Shown: in pieces, positions 34,912 to 44,138 of the stretch
Position numbering within the stretch: position 1 is the first letter of the stretch
Layout of the letters: each line of letters starts with the position of its first letter
Source: Armatimonadota bacterium
GTDB lineage: Bacteria; Armatimonadota; HRBIN16
NCBI GenBank assembly: GCA_963677485.1
Contig: OY781964.1
Coordinates: forward strand, 1,472,001 to 1,536,000
Length of the DNA stretch: 64,000 bases
Direction of reading: 5' to 3'
The notes under the pieces: generated by a model
The model's database searches: none
Told to the model about the DNA's origin: nothing
Seen by the model: the letters and a program-made list of their open reading frames with translations, nothing else
Program-made: the position numbers and the translations under genes

Positions 34912-36617
34912 CAGTGCGCGCCTCCACTGACGCAGGCACTGTGACATGCCGAGTGGCACGCGCTGTGACAAGCACTGTGACACGCGGAGTGACAGGCACT
35001 GTGGCAGGCATCATGACATGCGGTATGCACATAGCAGGCTGAATGGCAAGCCGTCGAGCTCATGAAGGAGCTGAAGTCCTGGCTCTCAATCAGTTCATCA
35101 CCCTTGATGCCCTGGGCGATCTCATCAGGGCGTGATTCCACATACCGGTTGGTGGTGTTGTAGTGGGTGGTTCCATACCAGTAGTGCGCATAATACCGAG
35201 GATAGCGGTGCTCGTGCATCATGAAGCCCTCATCACGTTGCTCTGGGGCCTCCTCGACTTTCTTATACTGTTCGGCTATGACTTGCCGATACCACTCTTT
35301 AGTCGCTTCCAGGTCGCAGTCCCAGGCTTTTTTCTGGATTTGGTCCACCATATCTTGGAACATCGCCTCAAAATCGGCTGCCAATAACGAGCCATCGCCA
35401 CGGATTCGGCTCAGAAGCATCTCCTCATACCGGTTATCAGCCGACTGGTCTATCGGATAGAGCCGCTCCAGCTTAATGGGCTGCACCTGCAGAACCTTCA
35501 CCAGCGACACCGACTCCATGCGGGAGATGATGGCACCCAGAATGCGCGGGAGGGGAACATCCAGCAGCATCGCCGCTTCGATCATATCCAGCTCTGCGAT
35601 TTTGCCGGGGATACGGTAGCTGGAGACCTCGATTTTCGGAGGTACCCACTCGCCGCGCTCCCAGTCCACTTCGCTCAACTCGTTCAACGCCGACGCGGTG
35701 GTCTTCATTTTGGAGTTAAGCAGCAGCAGCGACACCAGCACCACCCCAATCAGCAAACCACTGCCAAGCACCACCCGTCCCATATCCGGTTGCACCCTTT
35801 GCTGGACGGGCAGTGGCTCATCGTCGACTGGCATGTTGGGCTGCGAGTCCGTCTGGCCTATCAGTGGTTCGCTGGGCAGTGGTCCGCTTGACTGGGGCGA
35901 TGGAGCAGATTTCTTCAACGCAAACAGGTTCGCATTGATGTAGCTGGAGATACGCATGTGATACTGAGGTGGCGGGTTATTCTTGTGGAAGCGTACCGTC
36001 AGCCAGTCCTTACCGTTGGCGGGTTGACCATAGTAGCTGATGAGATACTCGGAGTTGACATATTTCTCAGTGCGAAACCCCAGCTTTTTCAATAGCGGCT
36101 GAGAAACCGTCTTGCTTGCTGTGCTGACCGGGTAGTGCAGATACACCGTCATATGCTCAGCGGCGACATCGAACTGACACGGTGCCCAGTCAAAGAAGAC
36201 CAGTTTACCGAATTTGCTTTGAGTGGTTCCCAAATATCCGGCAGCCGCCAGGTCGGTGGCATAAGGGACGATATAAGTCACTTCACCGGAGCTCACGGAG
36301 GCCCCATTGGCCAATATCACATCGAACTTACCGCCGACATCCGTGATGGAGAGCCCGTACCGACGCCCTGCGGAGTCGATTGCCGCCGCCTTGCCGTAAT
36401 CAAAGCGTGGGGCGGCACTGCCGAAGCCCTCAAGGTAGAATCCGTGCAGCTCCCCGCTCAGTACCTTGTAACGCACTTTGTATACCACAACCGCGCGGCC
36501 GTCTTTCGTGGGAGAGATATCTACCTCAACCCACTTGAGCGCAACCTCGGTGGCCATCGCACAGGTGGCCAGCAGGCACAGAACCATGGCGATCAACAGT
36601 TTCCAGGCATTTCTCAA
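34911..36617 (-). CDS. Signal-peptide, single-TM membrane protein with C-terminal (CHSA)n tail
   Basis: Signal peptide, Pro-rich linker, TM VVLGSGLLIGVVLVSLLLL, tail CHSACYVHTACHDA(CHSA)6CVSGGAH. Confidence 0.88.
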   Translation of the reverse strand: MRNAWKLLIAMVLCLLATCAMATEVALKWVEVDISPTKDGRAVVVYKVRYKVLSGELHGFYLEGFGSAAPRFDYGKAAAIDSAGRRYGLSITDVGGKFDVILANGASVSSGEVTYIVPYATDLAAAGYLGTTQSKFGKLVFFDWAPCQFDVAAEHMTVYLHYPVSTASKTVSQPLLKKLGFRTEKYVNSEYLISYYGQPANGKDWLTVRFHKNNPPPQYHMRISSYINANLFALKKSAPSPQSSGPLPSEPLIGQTDSQPNMPVDDEPLPVQQRVQPDMGRVVLGSGLLIGVVLVSLLLLNSKMKTTASALNELSEVDWERGEWVPPKIEVSSYRIPGKIAELDMIEAAMLLDVPLPRILGAIISRMESVSLVKVLQVQPIKLERLYPIDQSADNRYEEMLLSRIRGDGSLLAADFEAMFQDMVDQIQKKAWDCDLEATKEWYRQVIAEQYKKVEEAPEQRDEGFMMHEHRYPRYYAHYWYGTTHYNTTNRYVESRPDEIAQGIKGDELIESQDFSSFMSSTACHSACYVHTACHDACHSACHSACHSACHSACHSACHSACVSGGAH

Positions 36618-36872
36618 CTCAGTATGTCCCCTTTGCCAGAATCAAGCATATGTCAATATTCTGACATATATGCGCGGATTCCTGCGTAGAGATGAAAACC
36701 AGATGGGGTTTTTACGTCACCTAGTCAGCCACAACCGCCCCTCTCAGCCCTACCGTTACCAGCTTGATTTTTGCCGGGAAGCGGTTCAATCTGTTATAAT
36801 ATAGTGGGAATTTTAGTCAATTTCGGCTCAAACAGGCCCATCTCCGCACCCAGGAAAGGACGTCACGCACCG

Positions 36873-39488
36873 ATGTCAGAAGACGAAACCCAGCAGTCAA
36901 TGCCGCTCGCGAGTATAGCCAATGTTTCATTAGAGAAGGAGCTTGCCTCGTCGTATCTCGGATACGCCATGAGCACTATTATTGCACGTGCATTACCGGA
37001 TGTTCGAGACGGCATGAAGCCGGTGCAGAGGCGCATCCTCTTTGCCATGCGTGAACAGGGGTTTGGGCCTAATACCGCCCATGTGAAATGTTCTGCCGTT
37101 GTCGGCGAAACAATGAAGCGTTTCCATCCACACGGTGACAGTGCCATCTATATGACTCTAGCGCGTATGGCGCAGGAGTTCTCTCTACGATATCCGCTCA
37201 TCTCAGGCCAGGGTAACTTCGGATCCATTGACGGTGACAGCCCGGCTGCCATGCGGTATACGGAATGCCGTCTTAGCCAGGTCGCCATGGAGATGATGGA
37301 CGATATTGACAAGGAGACGGTCGACTGGGAAGACAACTATGACCAGTCCACCAAAGAACCTACCATCCTCACCGGCAAGTTCCCTAACTTCCTGTGCAAC
37401 GGCGGTCAGGGTATCGCCGTAGGCATGGCTACCAACCTCGCGCCGCATAACCTGCGCGAAATCGTGGATGCGTTGAACCTGTTGATCGATCACCCTGACA
37501 GCACCATCCCAGAGCTGATGCAGGTGGTCACCGGTCCTGACTTCCCAACCTACGGCCTGATCTTGGGCACAAAGGGAATCCAGGGAGCCTATGAAAAAGG
37601 CCGTGGTCAGGTGATCATGCAGGCCAAAACGCAATTTGAGCCGATGGACAACGGCAAGCACTGCATTGTCATCACCGAGCTTCCCTACCAGGTGAACAAG
37701 GCTCGCTTGATTGAGCAGATTGCCGACCTTGTGAAGCAGAAGCGTGTAGACGGCATCACCGGGCTGGACGACTTTACCGACCGAACCGGTATGCGCGTGG
37801 TGATTGAACTTCGCCGCGACGCTAACCCGCACAAGATTCTGAACTTCCTTCTGAAGCATACCCCGATGCGCAGCACATTCGGCCTGATCATGCTGGCTCT
37901 CGATGCCAACACCCCGCGCGTCATGAACCTAAAGCAAGTTTTGAATCACTACCTGATGCACCGGCACCAGGTGATTACCCGCCGCACTATATACGAAGTG
38001 TTCCGTGCTCAGCAGCGTGCCCACGTGCTCGAAGGTTTGCAGATTGTTGTCCGCGAACTGGATGAGATCATCAAAATCATTCGCCATTCGAGTAACTCAG
38101 AAACCGCGCGCCGTGAGATCATGAAGCGGTTTGACCTCACGCAGATTCAAGCTGAAGCCATTCTGAGCATGCAGCTCCGCCAGTTGACCGGTCTTGAACA
38201 GACACGCCTGGAAGACGAGTATAAAGACCTTCTACGCAATATTGCCCACCTGGAAGATATCCTCGTGGATGATGCTCGCGTTTGGTCTATGATAAAAGGC
38301 GAACTGAAAGAGATGCGCGACAAATTCGGCGACGACCGCCGAACCCGCATCATCGCCACAGAAGCCAGTGACATCGGTGAAGAGGATATGATCCCTGAAG
38401 AGGACATGCTGATCACCATCACCCGTGATGGTTATATCAAGCGTCTTCCGATGGACTCTTTCAAAATCCAGCACCGAGGCGGTAAAGGTGTCATTGCTGC
38501 GAACAAGAAGGAAGAGGACAGCCTTGAGCACATCTTCCAGATCAGCACGCACCACTACATCCTGTTCTTCACCAACAGAGGCCGTGTCTACCGACTGAAG
38601 GCTTACGAAGTGCCGCAGTCCAGCCGGCAAGCCAAGGGTATGCCCATCATCAACCTGATTCGCATTGAATCCGATGATGTGCTGACCGCAGTGGTGAGCG
38701 TGAAGGACTTCCGCGATGACCGATTCCTGATGATGGCCACCCAGAAGGGTGAGGTGAAGCGCACTTCACTGAGCAACCTGGCGAACCTTCGAGCCAACGG
38801 CCTGTTCTGCTTCAACGTGGAAGAGGGCGATGAGCTGGGATGGGTGACTTGCACCGATGGCGACGAGGAGCTGGTGCTCATCACTGCCGAGGGTATGAGC
38901 CTGCGCTTTAAGGAGACCGATGTGCGTGCCTCTGGACGACAGTCTGGCGGTGTGCGCGGTATCCGGCTGGAGGAGAACGACCAGCTTGTGGCGATGGTGA
39001 AGCTGCAGGAAGACCGCGATCTGCTGGTCATCAGCGAGAACGGCTTTGGCAAACGCACCCCGCTGAACAGCTACCGCCAGCAAACGCGCGGCGGTAAGGG
39101 CATCATCACCATGAATGTCACCAGCAAGACAGGCACGGTTGTGGGTGCCCGAGCGGTAGTGCCCGATGAGCAGGTGATCCTGGTCACGGCGGGCGGTAAG
39201 GCGATCCGCTGCAGTGTGGGTGACATCCGGCAAAGCGGGCGTAACGCCTCCGGCGTGCGCATCATGCGAATCGGCGAGGGCGAACGGGTGAGTGCTGTGG
39301 CGAGAATTAACAACGCCATAGACGAAGAGAGCCCGGAAGCAGCAACCGCACCGGCCACCAAGAAGGCCAAAGCGGTCAGTGCCGATGATGAGACCGAGTT
39401 GATGGACGATGTGGACATCATCGATGAAGAGCTTCTGGACGATGAGGAGCTTGACGACACCGAAGATACCACAGAGGACGAAGAGTAG
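36873..39488 (+). CDS. gyrA: DNA gyrase subunit A
   Basis: RALPDVRDGMKPVQRR, HPHGD, AAMRYTE, GyrA-box QHRGGKG, pinwheel repeats, acidic tail. Confidence 0.97.
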   Translation: MSEDETQQSMPLASIANVSLEKELASSYLGYAMSTIIARALPDVRDGMKPVQRRILFAMREQGFGPNTAHVKCSAVVGETMKRFHPHGDSAIYMTLARMAQEFSLRYPLISGQGNFGSIDGDSPAAMRYTECRLSQVAMEMMDDIDKETVDWEDNYDQSTKEPTILTGKFPNFLCNGGQGIAVGMATNLAPHNLREIVDALNLLIDHPDSTIPELMQVVTGPDFPTYGLILGTKGIQGAYEKGRGQVIMQAKTQFEPMDNGKHCIVITELPYQVNKARLIEQIADLVKQKRVDGITGLDDFTDRTGMRVVIELRRDANPHKILNFLLKHTPMRSTFGLIMLALDANTPRVMNLKQVLNHYLMHRHQVITRRTIYEVFRAQQRAHVLEGLQIVVRELDEIIKIIRHSSNSETARREIMKRFDLTQIQAEAILSMQLRQLTGLEQTRLEDEYKDLLRNIAHLEDILVDDARVWSMIKGELKEMRDKFGDDRRTRIIATEASDIGEEDMIPEEDMLITITRDGYIKRLPMDSFKIQHRGGKGVIAANKKEEDSLEHIFQISTHHYILFFTNRGRVYRLKAYEVPQSSRQAKGMPIINLIRIESDDVLTAVVSVKDFRDDRFLMMATQKGEVKRTSLSNLANLRANGLFCFNVEEGDELGWVTCTDGDEELVLITAEGMSLRFKETDVRASGRQSGGVRGIRLEENDQLVAMVKLQEDRDLLVISENGFGKRTPLNSYRQQTRGGKGIITMNVTSKTGTVVGARAVVPDEQVILVTAGGKAIRCSVGDIRQSGRNASGVRIMRIGEGERVSAVARINNAIDEESPEAATAPATKKAKAVSADDETELMDDVDIIDEELLDDEELDDTEDTTEDEE

Positions 39489-39516
39489 TCCGGTAATCAC
39501 CGGCTAGCGATCCCAG

Positions 39517-39546
39517 CAGGGGCGGTTTCCCAACCGCCCCTGTTTT
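39517..39546 (+). terminator. Intrinsic terminator
   Basis: caggggcggtt-tccc-aaccgcccctg followed by T run. Confidence 0.8.
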
Positions 39547-39664
39547 GCGTACTAATGACAACGCCGGACGTCGGTAGTTTACGAATGACCGGGGCGGTCT
39601 GGCTACCGGCTAGCGGTTGCAGAAACCTCAAGACCGCGCCGGTCTGGCGGATAGCCTGTAACCC

Positions 39665-40230
39665 ATACCTCACCGCCGCGCCCTGAAGGACTGCGGCTTC
39701 TTAACCGAAAAGCCGTCTAAAGACGTCTGAGATATCAATCCACTGGGCGTACAGATTCTATGCTTGACCGTTTCAACCCGTTCTCAAACTAAATAACATG
39801 CCTGCAGCCGGCTTCCAGCCGGCTTTTTGGATAATAAGCCGCCATCCTTCAGGGCGCGGCAGGGAATTGTGGGTAATAGATAGACATAAATGTCTCGGCT
39901 GTTGATCTATTAACACTCGCCCGTGAAGGCACGGCAGCCCAGGCTGTAACTGATACGGTCGTAGGGGCGTCCCTTGTGGGTGCCCTAATCGTTGATCATC
40001 CGATAGTTTAAGTATAAGGCGCCCACAAGGGACGCCCCTACGACCAGCTATATACAAGCCCGCTAAACCGGGCTGCGGAGATCCTTGCCGACAAAGATAA
40101 CGTTAATGAAGACTGCTTCAGCAGTCTTGGTGTTCAATAGCCGAGACATTTATGTCGCGGAATCGGTGACCTACTGGCCATGCGATATTTATGGGTCATA
40201 GACTGTCCTTTAGGGCGCGGGGGTGAGTCA
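39665..40230. repeat. Nested REP/REPIN-like palindromic cluster
   Basis: Inverted pairs near 39670/40203, 39882/40139 and GTAG REP pair 39958/40017. Confidence 0.75.
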
Positions 40231-40366
40231 TAGTCTGGGCTGAGTAGCGAATCTCATGTTGATATCGGCACACCGGTGATAGGGATACCAGCCGCCAGCG
40301 TCTCACGATACACTATGATGGGGTTTGTTCGGAAACCCCACACAACACAAAATGATTAGGAGTTCC

Positions 40367-40807
40367 ATGGATAAATCCGCTTTGGGTAGCATACTGACCG
40401 TGACTTCAATCCTCGGGATTGGACTTTACGGTGTCAGTTTCAAGTATATATCGCTGAAGAGGCTGCACCTGCCCTCCGTGAATGTGGGGATGTACATCGC
40501 ATCCACCACCGCCATCGCGATCGCTGCCATGATGCTGGGCGGGTTCCCGCACACCTGGCAGTTTTTCGCCTTCGGTATCGCCATGGGATTGGGGGCATAC
40601 GGCTTTGTCTCTTTTCTGCGAGTGGCCAGTTCGCTGGGTTCGACCGCGATCTGCTGGACAATCACGCAGATGGCCATCGTGATGCCATTCCTGGCCTCTT
40701 TTCTGGTTTACCACGAGCTGCCATAATGGAACCACTGGCTGGGTCTTCTCATCACTGGCGTGGGAGTGGCCATGCTGGGTGCTGATGTGAAGGAGAAACA
40801 GCAATGA
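40367..40807 (+). pseudogene. EamA/DMT half-transporter with internal TAA
   Basis: TAA at 40724-40726; frame continues WNHWLGLLITGVGVAMLG to TGA at 40807 overlapping the next ATG. Confidence 0.75.
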
Positions 40808-41229
40808 AATACATGCAGGCGGTGACCGCCGTATTTTTGACCAACGGATTTGTGATGCTGCTGATGCAATATCTGCCCAAAAGCGGTGTGACGGATGGGT
40901 ATGTGGTGCCATGCCTGGCACTGATGTGCGGCACAGGCATGATTTTCAGCTTCTTTGTGAAAGGCGAAAAGCAGCCTGAAGGTGGGGCCTCGAAACTTGG
41001 CTCGTTGGCCGCCGGAGTGATGGCTGGTCTGTTTTGGGCCGCCGGCCTGACCACGCAGGTGCTGGCGGTGCCGCTGGTCCCAGGCTACATCTTGTTCCCG
41101 GTGATCGCCGGGGCCAACACTCTGCTGGTCACCGTTGCCTCTCGCTACGTGTTCAAAGAGCACATCGGCAGGCGTGGGGTGATCGGCATCGGTTTGTGTA
41201 TGCTGGCGATTGTGCTGCTCAGCGTGTAG
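40804..41229 (+). CDS. EamA/DMT family half-transporter
   Basis: Multiple TMs; VFKEHIGRRGVIGIGL typical EamA C-terminus. Confidence 0.85.
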   Translation: MKYMQAVTAVFLTNGFVMLLMQYLPKSGVTDGYVVPCLALMCGTGMIFSFFVKGEKQPEGGASKLGSLAAGVMAGLFWAAGLTTQVLAVPLVPGYILFPVIAGANTLLVTVASRYVFKEHIGRRGVIGIGLCMLAIVLLSV

Positions 41230-41246
41230 CGGTGGAGTGGACAGGT

Positions 41247-41362
41247 GGGATCCAACGCAATGACGCAAAGAAGCAAAGGCGCAGGGGGGGATTTATCTGC
41301 ACCACGGGTTATCAGCACCCTCCCTTTGCGTCCTTGCCCCCTTGCGCCTTGGCGTTTGGTCC
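41247..41362. repeat. 8-mer arm hairpin element, near-copy of 43092-43220
   Basis: gggatccaacgcaatgacgcaaagaagcaaag ... ccctttgcgtccttgccccttgcgcctt shared. Confidence 0.85.
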
Positions 41363-41522
41363 CTCTCCACACCAAGCCGGATGTAAACCAAAACTAGAGA
41401 AACCAGACCCGTTTTTAGAAATTGGCATAAAAACCTCTTGACTCGCAATACTTAACAAGTATAATGATCACATGACAGGCGATTGTGGCCTGTGTACGAT
41501 CCAAATTAATAGGAGTACCGCG

Positions 41523-41760
41523 ATGAAGAATTGCCTCGCCGTTCCGGTTGCGTTGTGCCTCTTGCAATTTATGGGGGGGGGCAGCACACGCTATGCCCAA
41601 TATGTGGAGTACGGGACAACCGATTAGTGCCACCATGACCGAATCCCCTGCGGGAACAGTCCATGCCCCCGGCACCAAAAGTTACACCATTACCGCCACC
41701 GACACAGACACCGCCTTTCCAGGTCATGTGGGCCCCGTGCCCCACCTTACAGTGCTATAG
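41523..41760 (+). pseudogene. Small secreted-protein gene interrupted at a G9 tract
   Basis: SD aggag; MKNCLAVPVALCLLQFMGG joins AAHA-MPNMWSTGQ only with G8. Confidence 0.5.
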
Positions 41761-41774
41761 GGAGGCACATTGAT

Positions 41775-42980
41775 ATGAGAAAGCTAATTCCGTTCATTCT
41801 TGCTGCTACAGTTGTCATATCGGCCACTATTCCCATGCAATCCGCGATCACGCAGCAGCAAGCGATTCAGGCAGTCAGGAACTTTATAGGTGACCAGAAT
41901 GCTCAGGTGTCCATGACGCCAGGAGTGACTGAGATGACAACATCCACACCCTCGGAATCGTTCCTCGACTTTTGGGATGATAACAACCCTTATTACGATT
42001 TGACCAGCGGCAACTACCAGTATTTCGTGGATGGGAACAGCGGATTGATCAGAACGGTGATCGTGACATCTGACCTGAACGTCTATCCCGCCGATGCACT
42101 CAACTGCGAAACGATGTGGGCAAGATATAGTATGATGCCAAGAAACCACATGCAGCAGCCATCATCTGATACCTGGGTGCTTCGATTTCCAGATGGCTCG
42201 TGGGATCCGAGTGTTCAACTCAGTTTCTCAAGAACCGACGGTGGGCTAGTCGATCAGGTCACTGCATTCTATACACCAGTAGCTAGCACAAGACCAACCA
42301 TCACCGTTACCATAAAACAAGCCATCTCCATCGCTAAAACAATTGCCGGATCATATGCCTGGCAGGGTGAGGATGAGATTGTATATACATACCCCTATTT
42401 CGACATGGAGGACGCCGATGGTGTTGACTGGCGGACCAATGATCAAGGTCTGCCTGAACCTGTATATACCATCACTTTCATCGTGTCATCAGATCCGACA
42501 GTCAGTGCTGCATGGATTAACTCTGAGTCATCTCATGGCATGATGGACTGCGCAACATTCATCGTGTATGTTAACGCAGCGAATGGGTCTATTGTATATT
42601 CAGACGGCAGTGAATACCTTTGCTCCTCAGAAACAACGGGTGTGAAAGCAGACACCGGACTTATCGGAAAACAAAAGTCTGCCCGTTTGGTACCGTTCAC
42701 TACATTACAGGCTTTAGCTGGGAATCACAAACTAGCAGCGACTAAAGGTACCAAACTACTTCTCATTAATGGTAAGCGTATGGCTCTACCAGGCAGGGTG
42801 ATTTCAATCAAGAATAGGCTCTACCTACCATGGCAAGCACTGAATTACATACCAGGAGTGAAGGCCACCTATAAGGCGGAGTTGAATTCACTCGCGATAT
42901 CAACGACCGGGAAATCCGTAGCTGTAAAGATGCCGGTCGGCAAAAGTGTATCAACACCGGCGGTGAAGAAGGCGAAGTAG
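41775..42980 (+). CDS. Secreted hypothetical protein (PepSY-like segments, stalk-like C-terminus)
   Basis: Signal peptide; ITQQQAI..V and VTIKQAISIAK; VYVNAANG; NRLYLP. Confidence 0.8.
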   Translation: MRKLIPFILAATVVISATIPMQSAITQQQAIQAVRNFIGDQNAQVSMTPGVTEMTTSTPSESFLDFWDDNNPYYDLTSGNYQYFVDGNSGLIRTVIVTSDLNVYPADALNCETMWARYSMMPRNHMQQPSSDTWVLRFPDGSWDPSVQLSFSRTDGGLVDQVTAFYTPVASTRPTITVTIKQAISIAKTIAGSYAWQGEDEIVYTYPYFDMEDADGVDWRTNDQGLPEPVYTITFIVSSDPTVSAAWINSESSHGMMDCATFIVYVNAANGSIVYSDGSEYLCSSETTGVKADTGLIGKQKSARLVPFTTLQALAGNHKLAATKGTKLLLINGKRMALPGRVISIKNRLYLPWQALNYIPGVKATYKAELNSLAISTTGKSVAVKMPVGKSVSTPAVKKAK

Positions 42981-42994
42981 ACACCAACACCCAT

Positions 42995-43026
42995 AACCGG
43001 CGCGGGCACCCCGCGCCGGTTTTTTC
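42995..43026 (+). terminator. Intrinsic terminator
   Basis: aaccggcgcggg-cac-cccgcgccggtt + T run. Confidence 0.85.
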
Positions 43027-43091
43027 GTTTGGGGGTATGCAACACGTTGCAACGGGTCGGGCTATTTATCTGAACCAATGATGCCCCGGAT

Positions 43092-43382
43092 GGGATCCAA
43101 CGCAATGACGCAAAGAAGCAAAGACGCAGGGGATGCGAACCCGTTGGTCATTATCTGAACCACGGATTATCAGCACCCTCCCTTTGCGTCCTTGCCCCCT
43201 TGCGCCTTTGCGTTAGTTCCCTCCAGGCCATAATTCGTCTGAACCACGGATTTCACAGATGACACGCATAGGTTCGGATGGGAAGGGGTGCCAATCGGGA
43301 GATTGGCGTTCCTAGGTGAAGCGTCTTTGCGTTAGTTCCCTCTCCAGGCCCTGATCTGCGCCATCTGCGAAATCTGTGGATG
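43092..43382. repeat. Composite 8/9-mer repeat cluster
   Basis: Copy of the 41247 element, two tctgaaccacggatt motifs, gccaatcgggagattggc palindrome, atctgcg arm. Confidence 0.85.
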
Positions 43383-43461
43383 CATATTCACGGTTGCCAA
43401 TCCACCACCAAGTCGCCTACACTGTATTTAATAACCAAGAACGAACTCAGGAGGTCATCCC

Positions 43462-44115
43462 ATGCGCACAGGTAAATATATCCTGCTATTGGCATTCATG
43501 GTGAGCAGCGTTTCAGCAATGGTGTGTGCGGCTGCCCCGAATTACACACCCGAGGTGGAGCAGATCAACGCGATGATACGTCGTGGTGACTGGAAACCGG
43601 TCATGGACAAAATACGTCAGCAGCCGATCCTCGCGCAGAGCAAAGATGCGATGGGTGCCACACCACTGCACACGGCCGCACAGCAGGGATATGTGCAAAT
43701 GGGGGCATGGCTGCTCACGATTGGCGCCAATGTCAACAGTAAAGACTACAGCGACCAAACCCCGCTTCACATGGCCGCCGATACCGGTCATGCCGAGATG
43801 TGCCGGATGTTGATCAAGCATGGCGCATCTGTGCGGGCTACGGACATCGACGGGCTGACACCTTTGCATGTAGCCACAAAAGGCAGGTGCGTAGCCGCGC
43901 TGGCATCGGCAGGAGCCTCGGTCGATGCACGTGACAAACTGAGCTTGACACCGCTCTTCTATGCTGTGGCCAGTGCCAGGGCGGATGTCGTGAAGGCGTT
44001 GATTCAAGCCCATGCGAATGTGAACATTCGTGACCAAAAAGGCAAGACCGCTTTAGTCTGGGCGCAGGAACGCAAACTGACCGAAATCGCCTCCTTACTA
44101 GAAGACGCTGAATAA
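43462..44115 (+). CDS. Secreted ankyrin-repeat protein
   Basis: Signal peptide; repeated TPLH/TPLF..A motifs. Confidence 0.92.
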   Translation: MRTGKYILLLAFMVSSVSAMVCAAAPNYTPEVEQINAMIRRGDWKPVMDKIRQQPILAQSKDAMGATPLHTAAQQGYVQMGAWLLTIGANVNSKDYSDQTPLHMAADTGHAEMCRMLIKHGASVRATDIDGLTPLHVATKGRCVAALASAGASVDARDKLSLTPLFYAVASARADVVKALIQAHANVNIRDQKGKTALVWAQERKLTEIASLLEDAE

Positions 44116-44138
44116 ATAGCAGCTTAATCGGAGAATAA

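Noticed and set aside
34912-34983. ORF-track N-terminal extension of the rSAM (MSQCLSQ...)
   Set aside because: It is an alternative-frame reading of the CHSA tail; the TGATG overlap and ggagg SD support the start at 34911.
34911-35048. Multiheme cytochrome c motifs
   Set aside because: Spacing is CxxxCH rather than CxxCH, and the tail is predicted cytoplasmic.
40724-40726. Stop-codon reassignment
   Set aside because: TAA, TAG and TGA all terminate normal genes in this window; this is a single isolated case.
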